DNA of 64,000 nucleotides from Selaginella moellendorffii (GCF_000143415.4 NW_003314261.1:1289674-1353673); one strand, 5' to 3'. Shown: positions 12,220 to 26,945, counted from the first letter of the stretch. The notes: generated by a model not told the origin, from the letters alone. A program made the numbers and translations.

Positions 12220-14655
12220 TGGATCTTCGAGGCTGCCTTGCTTGTTGGCAAGAGTTTCTGCAAGAAATGTCTGTTAAGATCCAGTACAAGCATGGAGGTG
12301 ACAATAAAGTGGCTGATGCATTATCCAGGATGGTAAATTTTATCTCGTTTATGAAGCTATCTAAAAATCTCTTAGATGAGTTTAAGGAGTTTGCTAACTT
12401 TGACTCCTTTATTAGTGATATTCGCGCAAAGGTTTTGTTGAGGGATGCCTCTACAAATTTGAAAGGTGACAAATTTGCATCATTCGAAATACAAGATGGA
12501 ATCCTAGTCAAGAAGGGACATGTAGTGGTTCCTTATGTTGATAAATTCATTAAACAAATTTTGGTTGAGTGTCATGATGTGCCAAGTGCTAAGCATCCGA
12601 GGGTATTGAGAACGTATATGTTGGTGAAGAGGCATTTCTTTTGGCCTGGGATGAAGTTAAATGTTGAGAAGTATGTACATCATTGTTTGACATGCCAGGC
12701 AGTCAAAGTTGATCATCAGAAGCTCGCTGGCCTCTATCATCCTTTACGTGTACCCGAGAATAAGTGGGATAGTATCTTGATGGACTTTATCACTAGTTTG
12801 CCCAAAACCTTTCGAGGAAATGATGCTATTTGGGTGGTTATAGATCGTTTGACAAAGATGGCTTACTTCTTCCCTGTGAAGATGACGATAAAAGCTTTTG
12901 AACTTGCATAGTTGTTTGTATACCGGTTATTTAGTCTCTATGGTTTGCCGGGTAACATTGTGAGTGTTGGGATCCCAAGTTCATGTCCAAGTTTTGGCAA
13001 ATGGTTTTTGAGAAGTTAGAGACTAAGCTAAGTATGAGTACTGGTGAGCATCCACAATCTGATGGGCAGACAGAATGTATGAATCAGCTATTAGAAGATA
13101 TGTTGAGGTCCATCAAGATGCTATCCCACTTATTCTTGGGTACACGTAAAGGATAAGGCTAGTGAGCTTATGATGATCAACTTTGACTGCCTAGCAGGTC
13201 AAACAACGAGGTTATTCAGTCTCTATGGTTTGCCGGGTGACATTGTGAGTGATCGGGATCCTAAGTTCACGTCCAAGTTTTGGCAAACAGTCTTTGAGAA
13301 GCTAAAAACTAAGCTGAGCATGAGTAGTGGTGAGCATCCACAATCTAATGGGCAAACAGAGTGCATGAATCAGCTATTAGAAGATATGCTAAGATCTTTT
13401 GTGGGAAACTTGACTCAACAGGGAGTATGGGAGAAGTACTTGCCTTTGCTTCAGTTTGCTCACAATAGCACTCATCAATTGGCTATTGGCATGTCTCCTT
13501 TTATGGCGATGTATGGCTATGAGCCTAGGTCTCCTGTGAGTTTGAATTTGGCTTTGGTTTGGGTATCTCATGCTTGTGATTTTCTGGAGGATATGCAAGA
13601 CAAACTTGAGTTGGCAAAGTTGAACATGAGGCAAGCTCAAGAGTGAGACAAAAGATTGGCTGATGAGCATCATCGTCATCAAGAGTACAAAGTTGGTGAC
13701 AAGGTTTTCCTTAAGCTGTCGAATGCACAACAGTCTCTGAAAGGAGGTGGCAGTGCTAAGTTGTCTCCACGGTATTGTGGGCCTTAGACAATTTTACAGT
13801 GTGTGGGGCATCTTGCATACACTTTGGACTTGCAAACTAGTCCGAAGATTCATCCAATGTTCCATGTGAACAAACTTAAAATGTTTGCACTTTGGTGATG
13901 TTGTGGATCAGTCCATTATCCAGGTCCCAGAGATTGATGCAGAGAAGGCTGGTCCGGCCAATATTCTTGTTCAAAGATTCGTGAAAACACGCCGGAAGAC
14001 AACTAGGGAGTTGTTAGTTCAGTGGATGAAGCTACATGGGAAATTGAGGATGACGTGAAAAGAGTGTTTCCGAGTTTTGGTTATGACTTGGATGACATTC
14101 CTGAGGAAGGAGAGAATTGAGTTTTATAGCCGTATTGCTATATGATTTGAGCCATTTGTTCTATTCTCATTCTTTTGTTTCCATGACCGTATTGTCATGT
14201 GATAAAGCCGTATTTCTTTCTTTCTTTTGTGGCCATTTGTCGCAACGTTGGTGTTGCCGTTTGCACATCTTTTCTCCATGGCTGTATTGCCTTGGACTCC
14301 CTTCATGTGAGGCTCATTTAGCTTCTCGAGGCTGTTGTATGTGGCTGGGTCATGAGGGAGGAGAAAATGATGAAAAGTGATTTAGTCGTGGACTATACTA
14401 GCTTTATAGTCTATAATGAATAGCCTGTTCTTCTCAAGTGCCTGAAAGTTTTTTCACGTAAGTCTCTTTTGGTTTTCCTTGTCCATCGTTGGACATCCAT
14501 GTATTGTCATCACATGAACCATAAGAATATTCTGAGAATATTCCATGGCCATGTGACTTAAAGGCTGTAACGCCTTAAGGGTTGGGAGGTTGGCCTAGGG
14601 TTTGCTCTCTTGGTCGTTTCAATTCTGGGAAGCAAGGATTGTCAACTTCATCAAG
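12220..14655 (+). mobile_element. Chromoviral Gypsy 3' fragment (RNase H end, integrase, chromodomain, probable 3' LTR)
   Basis: NKVADALSR, HHCC zinc finger, MDFITSLP, IVSDRDPKF, LSPRYCGP, then chromodomain-like ELLVQW..EATWE (~13950-14070). A purine tract at ~14103-14116 is followed by TG...CA (~14118-14653). Confidence 0.88.
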
Positions 14656-17600
14656 ATGCGTAATCAAGTTCACCTTTTGAAATATAATTTGCCATTTTTT
14701 TTTCTTCTTCTCTCAAGACTATATACCTTAGGATGTAATGCCTCTCCAATGTAAATGATACAATCTGGTCCATAGTAGTGCCAACAATAGTAAAGTGAAA
14801 GAATTTGAAGTGAGGAAATGCATTCTATTGGAAGTAATTTGTGATATTCAATCCATAAAAAGTGTGGTATAAGGATTTTCATTTCTTTCATTGCAGCATT
14901 TCAAGTGAGAACTCCATCAACAATACTCAAGAATGGACCACTCCTTCTAATAATAGATGAGGATGAGCTGTTGCTGGAGCACATACCATCACAACTAGAA
15001 GTGAAAAATGATCTCATATGTTTGTGTTCAATCATAAACATTTGATTGTCTCCCTCTCAAAAAATGTCTTCTTTACAATTTAATTTATTTTGAGTGTCTC
15101 AGTGTCTCAGTGTCTCAAATACCCACACAACCTTTGTCAATGCTTGGTAGTATGAAGGTAGGCAAGATCCTAGCCTTGAAGATATAAAAAGCTAAGGAGA
15201 GAGAAAAGATAGTGTTGGGCAATGCATATTGTGGAGCTTAGCAAGCAGCAATAGCAGCTGAAGGAGAGCCAGCTGGAATAACATTTCTTTGCTTAGAGTG
15301 TAGGGAACTTTGTGCAAGGCCAAGAGATAGAGATGTGGGCCAAGGAGGGGCTGCATTGCTAGGTAGCGTGCATTGTGGTGTAGAGTACAGTGTTGCCTCT
15401 TTATCATGCTAGGTATTACTTGGGGAGTACCACAGCCCAAGTGAGAGTATTGGCCTTAGATGTGGCAGTCAAGGTAAGAATCTCTATCTTTATTTTGTTT
15501 TTTCTTTTTCATGAGTTTTCATCTTTTCAAAAAACATTGGTCATTATTAAAGATTTTTTGGCTACTATTGGCTTGGACAATATGAGCTTGAAGGCTTCCA
15601 ACCTCACAATAGCCTACAATACTTTGCCAAAGGTGACGTTGTATAGCCATGCTTACTTACATGCCTACCCTCCCAGCCAATGCCTACTAAATGGAGATGA
15701 GCCCAGGTAGGTTTTGAGCTCATGAGTTTAGCTCATGAGCTAAGCTCACAACTTCTCAAACACAGGAAAGGTTTGTCTTGAACCAACATTTTTTCATCTT
15801 TCAAATTTTGATTTAATCTATATTTTCAAGTAAATTTGACCAATAAAATACAAATATAAATATAGATCTGAACACTAAAAGCAATCTAAAAACACTTCTC
15901 AAGCTCCACAACTGTAAGGCTTGCTTGGTCGATGTGATGGTTAATTTTAGGATCTTCATTTAGTTCTTGCATAAAAATGTAATAGATGTGCTTACAGGCT
16001 AAATATACCTTTCCCTTGTTCTCCCTCTGTCTAACGGGGCTTTTCATATTTATCCTCTTAAAAACTATAGAGGTCCGGTTTTGACATGCTCAAAACTAGA
16101 AAAGAGCATATGGGAGGGTGGTGACGAAGGGGGGATCAATAGAACTAGAGTTTAGTTTTATGTAGATCAGATCAAGGAACTAGATTTTGGTTTTGTGTAG
16201 CCCAAATCCGTGCCACTCACTCCACAAATGCATGCTCTAGGGACTTGAGTCAATTGTGAAATCAGTGGAGGTACACCGCCCTAGCTCAATCTCCATCTAT
16301 ATGGTGCCTATAGTTTCCCAGAGATATAAAAAGCCCTTGGAGATGTACAGTCCTGGATCCCACGGTGTGGTGAACTATGGAGGAATGTACAATCTCCGGT
16401 AATGATGATGCTGCTGCTGCCTAGAAGTCCTCTCCTCGCTGTTGTATGACCGATCCCCTCCAACTAAGATTGTTGTTTCCAGCCTCCTATCAGGCTGTGC
16501 AAGTGTAGTGCCACCATGCCAGTCCCATGGCCTCATACCAATATAGCCGTACCCTTGGCTCTATCCATCTGGAATCACGACCAAAGGCGAGCCGCTCCTC
16601 TCAGATCTGGGTTGGAGTTACGTTTCCGCACTCCAACAAGCTAGCCTAATGCAGCCTCTGACATGAGCCTTGCCCCTCGAAACATCCCATACGTCTAAGT
16701 GGTGGTGCTTCGAGTGCCTTGATCATGGTGAATCCACAACCAAGGCAAGAAAGGAATCAGCCAACACAACTGTACCATATAAATTAGGACTTCAATATGC
16801 CATTGAAAGTTGTTCTATTGCCGATTGGAACTAGTTGTGCAATCAGAAGGTAGGGAAGTGCTGCCATGTAGTTTGAAAGACCTTGTGCATGTCAAAGAAT
16901 AGTGTTCTTTGCATGTTCAAACAAGCAGTCGTAATGGTGCCAAGCGAGTTGTCCCCTCCACTGTCCCCTCCTTAGGTGAAACTTGACCCCAAAACTTCAG
17001 ACCCCAAGTGAATGAGGAAGGAGAGGGCTTTGCTGATGAAGTTTTGTGCAGCTAGTGTCCTTGGAAGAAGTCCCAGCAACCATGGACCCCAAAACCCCAA
17101 ACTTGAACCATGTTCCGAAATTTGGACATTTTGATCTCACTTGTGAACCATTGGATTGCCATGAAGTTTTGCTAGTATATTGTATAGCTTTCCCATTTCT
17201 AGCTGGTCATGTATGCCAGTCTAATGTTGATATTGGTGATATAGCAGTATCAATAGTAAGATTTGAGCAAGTCTTCAGCTTGAAACCTACTCTTTCTAGA
17301 CTTTTAATCTCTTCTTTCAAAAGATTGCAGCCTCGCTTAACTAGCCACTTCTCTAGTATGAAATTTGGCTTCAAAATTATTGAGCTATGGATCTGGCTTG
17401 TATGAGTAACATCAGTCCCACAATAGTAAATTCAGCTTGACTAGTAGCCCTTTACCCCTAGATCTTGAAAGCCCCAGAAATATGGCACTGCTGAAGAACT
17501 TGAATTTGAGTGCATAAATGTGAGACACTGACCTCGACTCCCAATCATTCTGAAGCAACACATATTACTCTTAACATTGACTCTTCAAATTGCCTAGTTG

Positions 17601-18069
17601 ATATAAGAAACTGGCTTACGAGCAATAACCTTCTCAACCTCTGGCACTGTAATAACTGGCACCTCCTCCACTCCATGTTCTATAGTTTTTCTCCAGTGTC
17701 GTGGAACAGAATAGTAGTCAAAATTTGGATGGTGAGAGTTGGAAGGAGTGATGTTAGGCGCATCAAATGTCTGTCAATGCTTTATACATGCTATCCTCAT
17801 TCCCTCGAGTGGTTCATAACTTGATTCCATAGAAGTTTTAGCAGAAACTCTCTCCACCATCTTAGACATTGACCCTGTTGTTGGTGTTATCCTTCTACCA
17901 ACCTGCTTTCAAAGCCTGTCTAAGTTTAGATCTGTACTAGTAAACCTTGCTTCTTGTGCAACTAAATCTTTTGATGACTACTCAAGAAATCTAGTGAGGT
18001 TAGAGAGCATAGTTTCATATAGAGATACTTTTCCTTTCTTTGCATCAGAAGCTCTCCAGCTCCAATGTT

Positions 18070-19860
18070 TGCTTTTAAAGAGATTAATTACTGGTGTAAG
18101 TGCAATACCATTAAATGATTGATCTTTGGAAAAATGCACATTTGAATGTGACAAAAAATAAAATGAAAGAAAACTTACATAGAAAATATTCCTTCATGCC
18201 ACCATATACGCATCTTATTTGCCTTTGCTTCATGCTCCTCATTAGTTGGTGCATCCCTCCATTATCGACAAAGCTATTTGAACTCATGATGAAAGTCAAA
18301 CTTGATGTATCAACTATGTTTATTGACACTATTTGCCTAATAAAACTCATAACTCTTCTCTCTACTTTATAATAGCTGACTTTTATCACATCTAAACACT
18401 TGCCATACAGCTAATCAGTTAGCACCAGTAGTATCTACTATGAAACCACGGAAGTTGAGTTTCTTCCCAATTCACTATTCAACAACCTCGGACATACATA
18501 TCCAAAAGACAATTTAAGCTTGGAAATCTTGAATGTTGAATTTGGCTATAACTATAGTCAAGTTACATTACAACATATAACAGGAATAGGTATAATGTAA
18601 ACTAGTATGGAATCCTTAAAAAATGAAAAGTCACTTATGATCATAAACATGGGCTCCTATAGTTGACCAGCCTGAAACTCGTTTCATGTGGTCGAAATGG
18701 ATCCAGGAATTAGCCAAGTCCATCCATATCTATTATGAGTTTATTCATGGAAGCTTGTTCATTGGCCAAGTGACTTCAAACAGTTAACACCCTTCATCTT
18801 TAAAATGTTGACCCTTGGTCTTGCTTCTAGTGTGGACTTTGTATAGTGAGAGACATTTTCTCTCTAGCTCCAAAGGCACATTCAATATAGATTGAAGCTT
18901 TCCATCTTGCCCTTCTCACATCCAATTTTTTATTCTACCAAAAAAAGAGTGTTATTAGTGAAAAAGTAGATTTAAGCATTAATCTTATACTTGTTTAAAT
19001 TTATTATAGGTTCTATATTTCAAAGTAGATCCTTCAAGTTGTTCTCTATGATCTCTTTTTTGCTATTAAATTGTAACAATGTGTCCATCATATAGTCCTT
19101 TAGTATAGAATGTTAAACACACTTTAGAGTTGTAGCACTATTCTTCTCAACCTCTATAATAATAGTAACCTTCAAATTGTGAAAAGAATCACAGCAAATT
19201 CCTTCCTATATTGTGTATTAGTTGTATTCAACATAGACTACTTTACCTAAACAACCATCCCATAGAAGAAAATAATAGATCCTTGTATCACAACATGCTC
19301 GACACACAGATGTTACCCCACATTTGTGACATTTAAACCTTGTAGTAACATTATAATGCCTAAAGGAATTGATTGCTAAGCCTTAAAAAAAACACATATT
19401 CTTGCCATGATCAGAAATGCATTTCTTAGCAGCACACTCAAGGTGTCCACCACAATAGACTATGGACATGGATCTGTTGAAGTGGGAGAAGTGGGTTGTC
19501 TTTACCCTACACCAATTATGTGGATCAAAACGTGTTTCCATGCCTCTCTTCTTGCTTGACAAATTGGCTGGTGGAAATTCAAAGAATATATTCCCATTAT
19601 AAAAAGATGGAAGTTCCTCATCTCTCATGTACTCAAACTCTATAATAATACTGTCAAAATGAATGGGGTTATGAGTGAGAGGCATTGGTGAGTGAAAACG
19701 ACACACAAACCAACTCTCCAAGTTTGACTCTCTCTCACTTCTCACAAAAGAATGAAACTTTGTTGAAAGGAAGAGAGCACGGAGATGAAAGGGAGAACAA
19801 GCAATCAATGTTACAACTCTCATAATTGACCAGTGCCTCTCACTCATAACCCTATTCATT
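18070..19860 (-). pseudogene. Decayed MULE transposase (copy C), related to 38830-42050
   Basis: HNWCRVKTTHF..YCGGHLEC (GCM-like), NSWIHFDHMKRVSGWSTIGAHVYD, NFRGFIVDTTGAN and SYEFY*ANS each align with the copy B transposase. Confidence 0.8.
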
Positions 19861-20499
19861 TTAACATTATTATTCTTCTCACAATCAATTACACATATCT
19901 TAATATCTAAGCATTGAATGATTATATCTGTTGATCACCATAAAAGAGAATGAAGATCATGACTATTGATTCTGATCATTGATTGCAATTGTTGATTTTT
20001 AGGGTTTTACGACTTAGGTTTGAGTAGGGAAGGGCAAGAGAAAGGCGTGTTTAAGCAGGGCAAGAGAAAGGTGCATTTGAGTAGGGAAGGGCAAGAGAAA
20101 AGTGCTTCAATCTTGCAATGCACTTCAATACACTCCTCAATCAAGGTATGTTTCTTTAAGGTCAATTTGCTCATGAACTGACATCTTCTCATCTTCTTTC
20201 TTCCATTAAAGGTTATTTTTCTTGACTTTTGTTTTCTCTTGAGGGATGGAGATGTTAATTCTCATACAACCAACATCTCTTAACACCCTATTTCATTTTT
20301 TATTTAGCTTTTTACCCATCTCCACCCAATTGTTTTGTTTTTTTTTTTTCTTTTTTGAAAGGGTGGGAAAGATTGGTTCATGTGTGAACTAATGTCTCCT
20401 AACCTTTGTTTTCCCTAGAGGTGAGCTTTCTTGGTTTTTTTCTTGTTTCTGGGGGTGAGATCTTTATGTTTTAGAAAACAAAGAGAGATAGAAATGTTG

Positions 20500-21624
20500 T
20501 GTAAGCGACTAAATTTTCCATTCTACTTTAGTCACTTAACCACACCTTTGACCACTTGGGGGAGTCTCATTCACAACCTCCTTAAGTCCAATTCAGGACT
20601 TGGGACTTGCTAGTCCCGAGAATGGCATCCATGCCACTCATCCTTTGCACTTAGTCCAAGTGCTCCACGTGTCCAGTCCCAAGACCGACACCCCAAGGTA
20701 CCACTAACATATCGACCCATTACGCTAAGGCCATGCTCATTCACCTTTGTTGCACTAGTGGTCCAATACCACTTGCATCACAATCCCATCTCTCCAAGAC
20801 TGGGTCGTCCGTCCACGAGTGGTCATCCCAGATCCACTCCTTAGCATCCTTAGGATGCCCACAGACATGGGGAATAGCCTTCCCCAACATCCCTTTGTCA
20901 GTTCCTGCCAAGTCCCTTTTCCGTCCACGGCCATGTTCACCAACATTGCCACTATATCAAGGCCCGTAAGCCTGGCCACTAAGTTCCATTGTCCTCTAGG
21001 ACTTCCTCACCATATGACTATATCTGTAGTCACTACGCTAGAGGATTGCTCCTCCTCCTTTCCCCCATTTGGGACCTTGGGACAACATTTCAGAACACCG
21101 TGGCCCTATGCAGGCCCCGTGGGTACTCTCCCCACCTTCCGCCTTTAGGTGCTCTAGCCATGGGCTTAGAGCAAGGTTCTGTTGAGCCACACCAGGTATC
21201 CAAGTAGGTAGGGCTATCCACACTTGGATTGGGAGATCGGCCAGTCGATCTCCCGGGGGAACTAGAGCCGGCTCTTGAACACTTCACCAAGCTACCCCAC
21301 TTGATAGTCCGTATTCACTCTAGTCTTGGACTTCCTAGTGGTCAGTTCATCACCCAACACTGGGTCTGGCCTTCCTGAGCCAAATTGGCTCCACTACAGT
21401 CCTCCCCCTTACTATACTTTTGGAGCTCACCAAACCCCCCAGGGTTTGGGAGACGAACGCTTTGGGCTTTCACCCTCTCAGACTCAAACTCGGACTCGGA
21501 CTCGGGCTCGGGCTTGAGCTCGGGCTCGGGCTCGGTCTCGGCCTCGGCCTCGGTCTCGGTCTCGGTCCTGGTCTCGGTCCTGGTCTTGGTCTCGGTCTCG
21601 GTCTCGGTCTTAGTCTCGGTCTCG
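20500..21624 (-). mobile_element. Partial LTR of the 26160-33816 family, inverted
   Basis: Begins tgtaagcgactaaattttccattc, the reverse complement of the LTR end at 33816. Includes the 6/12-bp repeat at 21480-21624. Confidence 0.9.
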
Positions 21625-22049
21625 TTTAGCTCGTTCGAAAGAGGGTGCTAAGGTGAACTGACTCAAAGAAAGAAAAACCAGAATTGATAATATAGAAAAC
21701 TAGTGCAAGAATGAAAAAATCTTTGAGCCTGCACTCTGGATTTGTGGAAGTAGAAACCCTTAGCAGTCCTAGGGTTTCTAAGAACACGAATCTAACCACT
21801 ACAACTTGAGGTCTCTCTCAATTTCCTAAGAAAACTCTCCATTCTCTCAAGAAAGCTAAGCTAGCTCGTTTACGTTGGGTTCACCAACTATTGGGGCATC
21901 TTTAAGCCCCAACTATGGATCCATCCCTCAAACACACGCTCACAAACTCGCAGCTCTAAACTCAAGTGCAAGAGGAAATGAGGAGGACCTTTGATATTTT
22001 GCCTATTTGGGGTAACCATTTAGAATATTTCTAGAATTAGAATATCCTC

Positions 22050-25000
22050 TCTACATCTTTTATAATGCCCATGGGGGAGTGAAAGTAGGAATAGAGTACG
22101 AGTGGGAGTAAGAGTAGGAGCAAGAGTAAGAGTAGGAGTAGGAGAGGAGAAAGTGGCGATGAACTAGTGCTACAACAAAGGGATTAAGTCTCTAGAGAAT
22201 ATTAGATAGAAAGTGTTATATAATGTCCAAGGTTGACAAAAGTTAGAGACAGGTAAGTTTGATTATCCAAAGTGGATAAAGCCAAACGGATTTTGGCATG
22301 GCTAACTATAGGCATAAAGAAGCTTATAAGTAGCAACATTAATCCTAGTGTGTAGGATTGCAAGGTGAGTATATCTAAATTGGAAAACCACTCCTTAGGA
22401 CATTGAGTAGATTCATCTCTGAAAATACTTGTTAAGGCATGGTAAAAAGTGCAAAAATACCCTCTTGGCCTAGAGGAAAATAACCATGTAATACCAAAAG
22501 TAAGTAATAAAGGGATAGAACCAAACTATAGGAATTAAAGGCATATCCAAAAGTAATTATGCAAGTTGGGAGTGGAGAATTAAATGGGTGCTCAAAAGTG
22601 TTGCTATTGGCAATTGTGGCACTATAAAGAGTCTAAAGTATGAAATTGCCTATACTAAGACGCTTGCGAAAAGAGAAGCATTAGCAAGGTAAGGGACAAA
22701 GTTCCTTCAAGGTTCCCAAAAACAACTAAGGGTAGGTTAATACATAGAAACACAAGTGTAAATGGTTTATAGAAATACGTAAAATCAAAATGGTGTAACA
22801 AAAGCATGGTTTTGAAGTTTGCTATGAGGTGAGGCTATCAAAGTTAGGGAAATAGATCTTGAATGTTCAAAAAGATGGTTTTGAATGAAAGTTAATGTTT
22901 AAAGACTTTCACACATATGTATAGGACCATATTATGCTAGTTGGGTGACTTACTAAGTGAGACTGACAAGTCTAAGGAATAAAGACCTTAGTTGAAGGTA
23001 TTGACTTAAAAAAGGGGTGGCTCATGAAGCCAAGCATGGAGGAGACTATGCATGATCATAGGCTAATTAACTAGCTTGTCCAGTGAGAAGATTTGGAAGC
23101 TCAGAGGAATTAAGTTTTTAACCTGTGATCCGAAACATACATTAGATATAAATTAGTGCACTTGCATGGGGAGTCACACTAGGCATCTTAAGTGATGCCA
23201 TTTATAGAAGTTGGGTTTGAGCCCTAACTCTTTAGTGCTTAAGTTTGAGTCCCAACCTACTACAGGGTGGTGATAATATAGAATATGAAGACACTCATTT
23301 TTCACTAGTTATAGAACTTCTAGTAAAGAGGTTGGCTTGGACACACTGCTAAGAGAAGGGTGCCCCAGAGTCATGATGCACGGTTAGAATGTTTAGTGTG
23401 AAAGCTTGGCATATCTAACTTAAACACACTAGTGCAAGTGACACTAAAGACGTAAGGATACCCAATCTCAGTTGCTATGGACCCTTGGTTAAAAGGGTTA
23501 GCTCACTAAGTGTGGGGGATGCCCCTAGGGTTGTGGTCAACAACTTAAAGGTTTAGTAGACTTAATATCTATTGATAAACTTATTAAGATGTCTATATAA
23601 GATCACTAGGTGATTCTAAAGTTGATAATCAAGGACAAACTCTTTAATGAGTTAAGGAATAGTGTTCCTAATTCAAAGTAGTGATTTGAATAAATGGTAT
23701 AGTATGACTTGATCAAGGTGACCAAGTGAGAAGGACACTTAATGAAAATAAGTTGTGATAATACAATGGTAGTGTGAGTCCAAGAAAGTTGTGGGAAAGG
23801 AAATATGTTTCTAAAAATGGATTTCCCAAATGCTCTAATATGCCGAAGGTGAAAGCTCCAAGAGCAAGGTAGCTAAATAATAGAGCCATAGAAAACCCTA
23901 ACACAAATTATGGACAAGTGAAACTTAGTGTCTAGGGTGGCATGAAATAAAAGAGAGGAAGATGGTGCTCTCAAATAAAGGACTTCCTAAAATGGGGAAA
24001 TGGAGTTTGAACAACCTATGCAATGTAAGGTGTCGGAGACATCTAGGAAATTGATTCAAGAAGTCAGTATTAAAATCTAAAGTATGTTCATAGAGGCGGA
24101 GACTACTCGGAAATGAGTAGTAAGCTTGAGATAGAGAAGATGTCTCTAATAAGTTTAACGAGAACTAAACAAACAAAAGAAAAGGACCACCAGATAGGAT
24201 CTAATGAGACTCTAAGTTGGAGGACTAAACTCCTTAGAGGATGGGCAAAGTATAGTGAACCTTTGGTGTCGAACCATTGATGAATATTGGTATGGTGCTA
24301 AGGATGAAAATGGTAATACATGATGGAGTTACTTTATAAAATAGTTTATCGTTCAATGAGGACATCAAACTTTCTCTATGGGTGGTGGAGTTACGAGACA
24401 TAAATCCCTAAGCCTCAAAGTAGAGCCAAAAGGGTGTCACATGATAGTGGCCAAAGCAAAAGCTAAATGAGCGTAATACATTTGGACCAATAGCTCTGAC
24501 TTGAAAAGTTTAAAGCAAGAGTGGAGCTCCCAACAAAGTGCTTGAAGAATGAGCATGAAGAGATCAATAAGCGAGTCTCTAAAAAAAGGACACAAGAGGA
24601 CCAATACATGACACATGGAAGTGTCAGGACTAAGCCAACATAGACCCGAGATGGACCTGATATGGTGTCCGAGATGGACCTAAGATGAATTTGAGATGGT
24701 GTATGAGATGGAGTTTGAGATGGATGTGAGATGGAGTCTAAGATGAAGTCTGAGATGGACTTTAAAAAGGAATTTGAGATGGACCCAAGATGGAGTTTGA
24801 GATGGACCCAAGATGGAGTTTGAGATGGACCCAAGATGGGGTTCGAGATGGACCCAAGATGGGGTTCGAGATGGAGTCTGAGATGGACTTAAGATGAAGA
24901 TTGAGATGGAGACCAAGACCAGGTCTGAGATGAAGTCCAAGATTGAAACCGAGCCTGAGCTGAATTTGAGTTTGAATCTAAATCCTTGATTGAGTCCAAA

Positions 25001-26010
25001 TACTAATATAGGTTGTGGTGTGAAAGCCCAAAGCAATCATCCCTGGAGGGGGGGGCGGGGGGGTTTCCCAAAGTATAGTAGGGAGACTGTGGGGTTTGGA
25101 CTCCATTGGAATGAATTTGGCCAAGAAAGGCCAATGTGACCCAGGGAAGTTACACCTATATGGTAGATGATGATATGACCATTGAAGAGTTTAATGCTAA
25201 AATGAATATGGATGGACAAGTAGAGTAGCTTGGTGAAGTGTTCAAAAGCCAACTCTAGTTCCCCGGGAAATTGAATGGTCGATGTTCCCAATTTAAGTGT
25301 GGGTGGCACTACTTGGATACCTAGTGATGCTCAACAAAACCTTGCTCTAGCCACATAGCTAAGGCACCAAAGGTAGAAGGTGGGGAGAGTACCCATGAGC
25401 CTCGCATAGGGCCATGATGTTCCAAAATGTTGTTCTAGAGTCCCAAACTTTGGAAAGAAAGAGGAGCAACACTTTTGTGTAGTGACCAAGGATACAGTCA
25501 CATGGTGAGGAAGTCTTAGAGGTCAATGGGACTTAATGGTTGGGCCTTTTAACCTCGACTCAATGGCAATGTTGGCGAACACTACCGTAAACAGACTGGG
25601 ATTTAGTGTGGACTAAAGAAAGGATATTGGAGAAGGGTGTTCCCTATGTCTTCGAGCATCTTAGGTGTTTAGATATGGTCAAGGGATGAACACTCATTGA
25701 CAGATGGCCCAGTCCATAGGAGACGGTTTGTGGTACAAGTGGTCTTGAACCACCAATGAGACTAAAGTGAATGGATATGGCCTTAGCATAATAGTTAATA
25801 TGTCAGTGGTACTTTTGGGTGTCTATGTCAGGATCGGACATATGAAGCACTTGGACCAAGTGCAAAGGTAAGTGGTATGGAGGCCATTCACAAGGCTGTT
25901 AAATTCTCAAGTTGGGAATAGGATTTATGGAGGTTGTGAGTGAGACTTTTTCAAGTGGTCAAAGGTGTGGTTAAGTGATTAAAGTGAAATAGAAAATTTA
26001 GTCACTTACA
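22050..26010 (+). mobile_element. Older, diverged member of the same LTR family: internal region plus 3' LTR (24392-26010)
   Basis: Internal sequence matches 29400-32100. Polypurine tract atgggtggtggagt precedes the LTR, which carries the gagatgga.. array and ends gtcacttaca. Confidence 0.85.
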
Positions 26011-26389
26011 TATGGATTAATTAGGTACTATTTTATTTTCCTAGCTTCACATATGCACTTGCATATATCTTTGATAAAACACCATCTATGAGGTAATAGG
26101 CTCAAAGCCACTTTAAAAATCTATTCTATTTTTTCTTTTATCAAGCTATACTGTGTATATATGAGACACAAATCCCTAAGCCCCAAAGTGGAGCCAAAAG
26201 GGTGCCATGTGGTAGTGGCCGAAGCAAAAGCCAAACGAGCGTAACACATTTGGACTAAAAGGCTCTGACTTGAAAGGTCGAGAGCGGGAGTGGAACTCCT
26301 AACAAAGTGCTCGAGGAATGAGCACGAAGCGAGCAATAAGTGAGGCTCTAAAAAGGGACTCAAAAAGGACTAACACATGACACGTGGAA

Positions 26390-26945
26390 GTGTCCGAGAT
26401 GGAGTCCGAGGTGGACCTGAGGTGGAGTCTGAGATGGAGTCCGAGATGGAGTCCAAGAAGGACCCGAGATGGAGTCCAAGATGGAGTCCAAGATGGAGTC
26501 CGAGATGGAGTCCGAGATGGACCCGAGATGGAGTCCGAGATAGAGTCCAAGATGGAGTCTGAGATGGAGTTCGAGATGAAGTCCGAGATGGACCCGAGAT
26601 GGAGTCCGAGATGGACCCGAGATAGAGTCCAAGATGGAGTTCGAGATGGAGTCCGAGATGGACTCGAGATGGAGTCCGAGATAGAGTCCGAGATGGAGTC
26701 TGAGATGGAGTTCGAGATGAAGTCCGAGATGGACCCGAGATGGAGTCCAAGATGGAGTCCGAGATGGACCTGAGATGGAGTCCAAGAAGGACCCGAGATG
26801 GAGTCTGAGGTCGAGACCGAGACTGGGATCGAGACCAGGACCGGAACCGAGACTGAGGCCAAGGCCGAGACCGAGCCCAAGCCCGAGTCCGAGTCCGAGT
26901 CCAAGTCCAAGTCCAAGTCCGAGTCCGAGTCCGAGTCCGAGTTCA
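26390..26945 (+). repeat. 12-bp/6-bp minisatellite inside the 5' LTR (GAGATGGAGTCC)n
   Basis: Direct inspection. Counterparts at 24650-24960 and 32335-32825. Confidence 0.95.

Noticed and set aside
14670-18060. Possible further cargo or gag-like coding relics
   Set aside because: No motif I can identify with confidence. Needs a translated profile search.
20020-20105. Three short direct repeats (agggcaagagaaa); also ggttac repeats at 1665-1725 and gagtag repeats at 22090-22145
   Set aside because: Ordinary short tandem repeats inside TE debris with no supportable function.
26390-26945. CRISPR-like array
   Set aside because: Contiguous tandem units without unique spacers, no cas genes, eukaryotic context.
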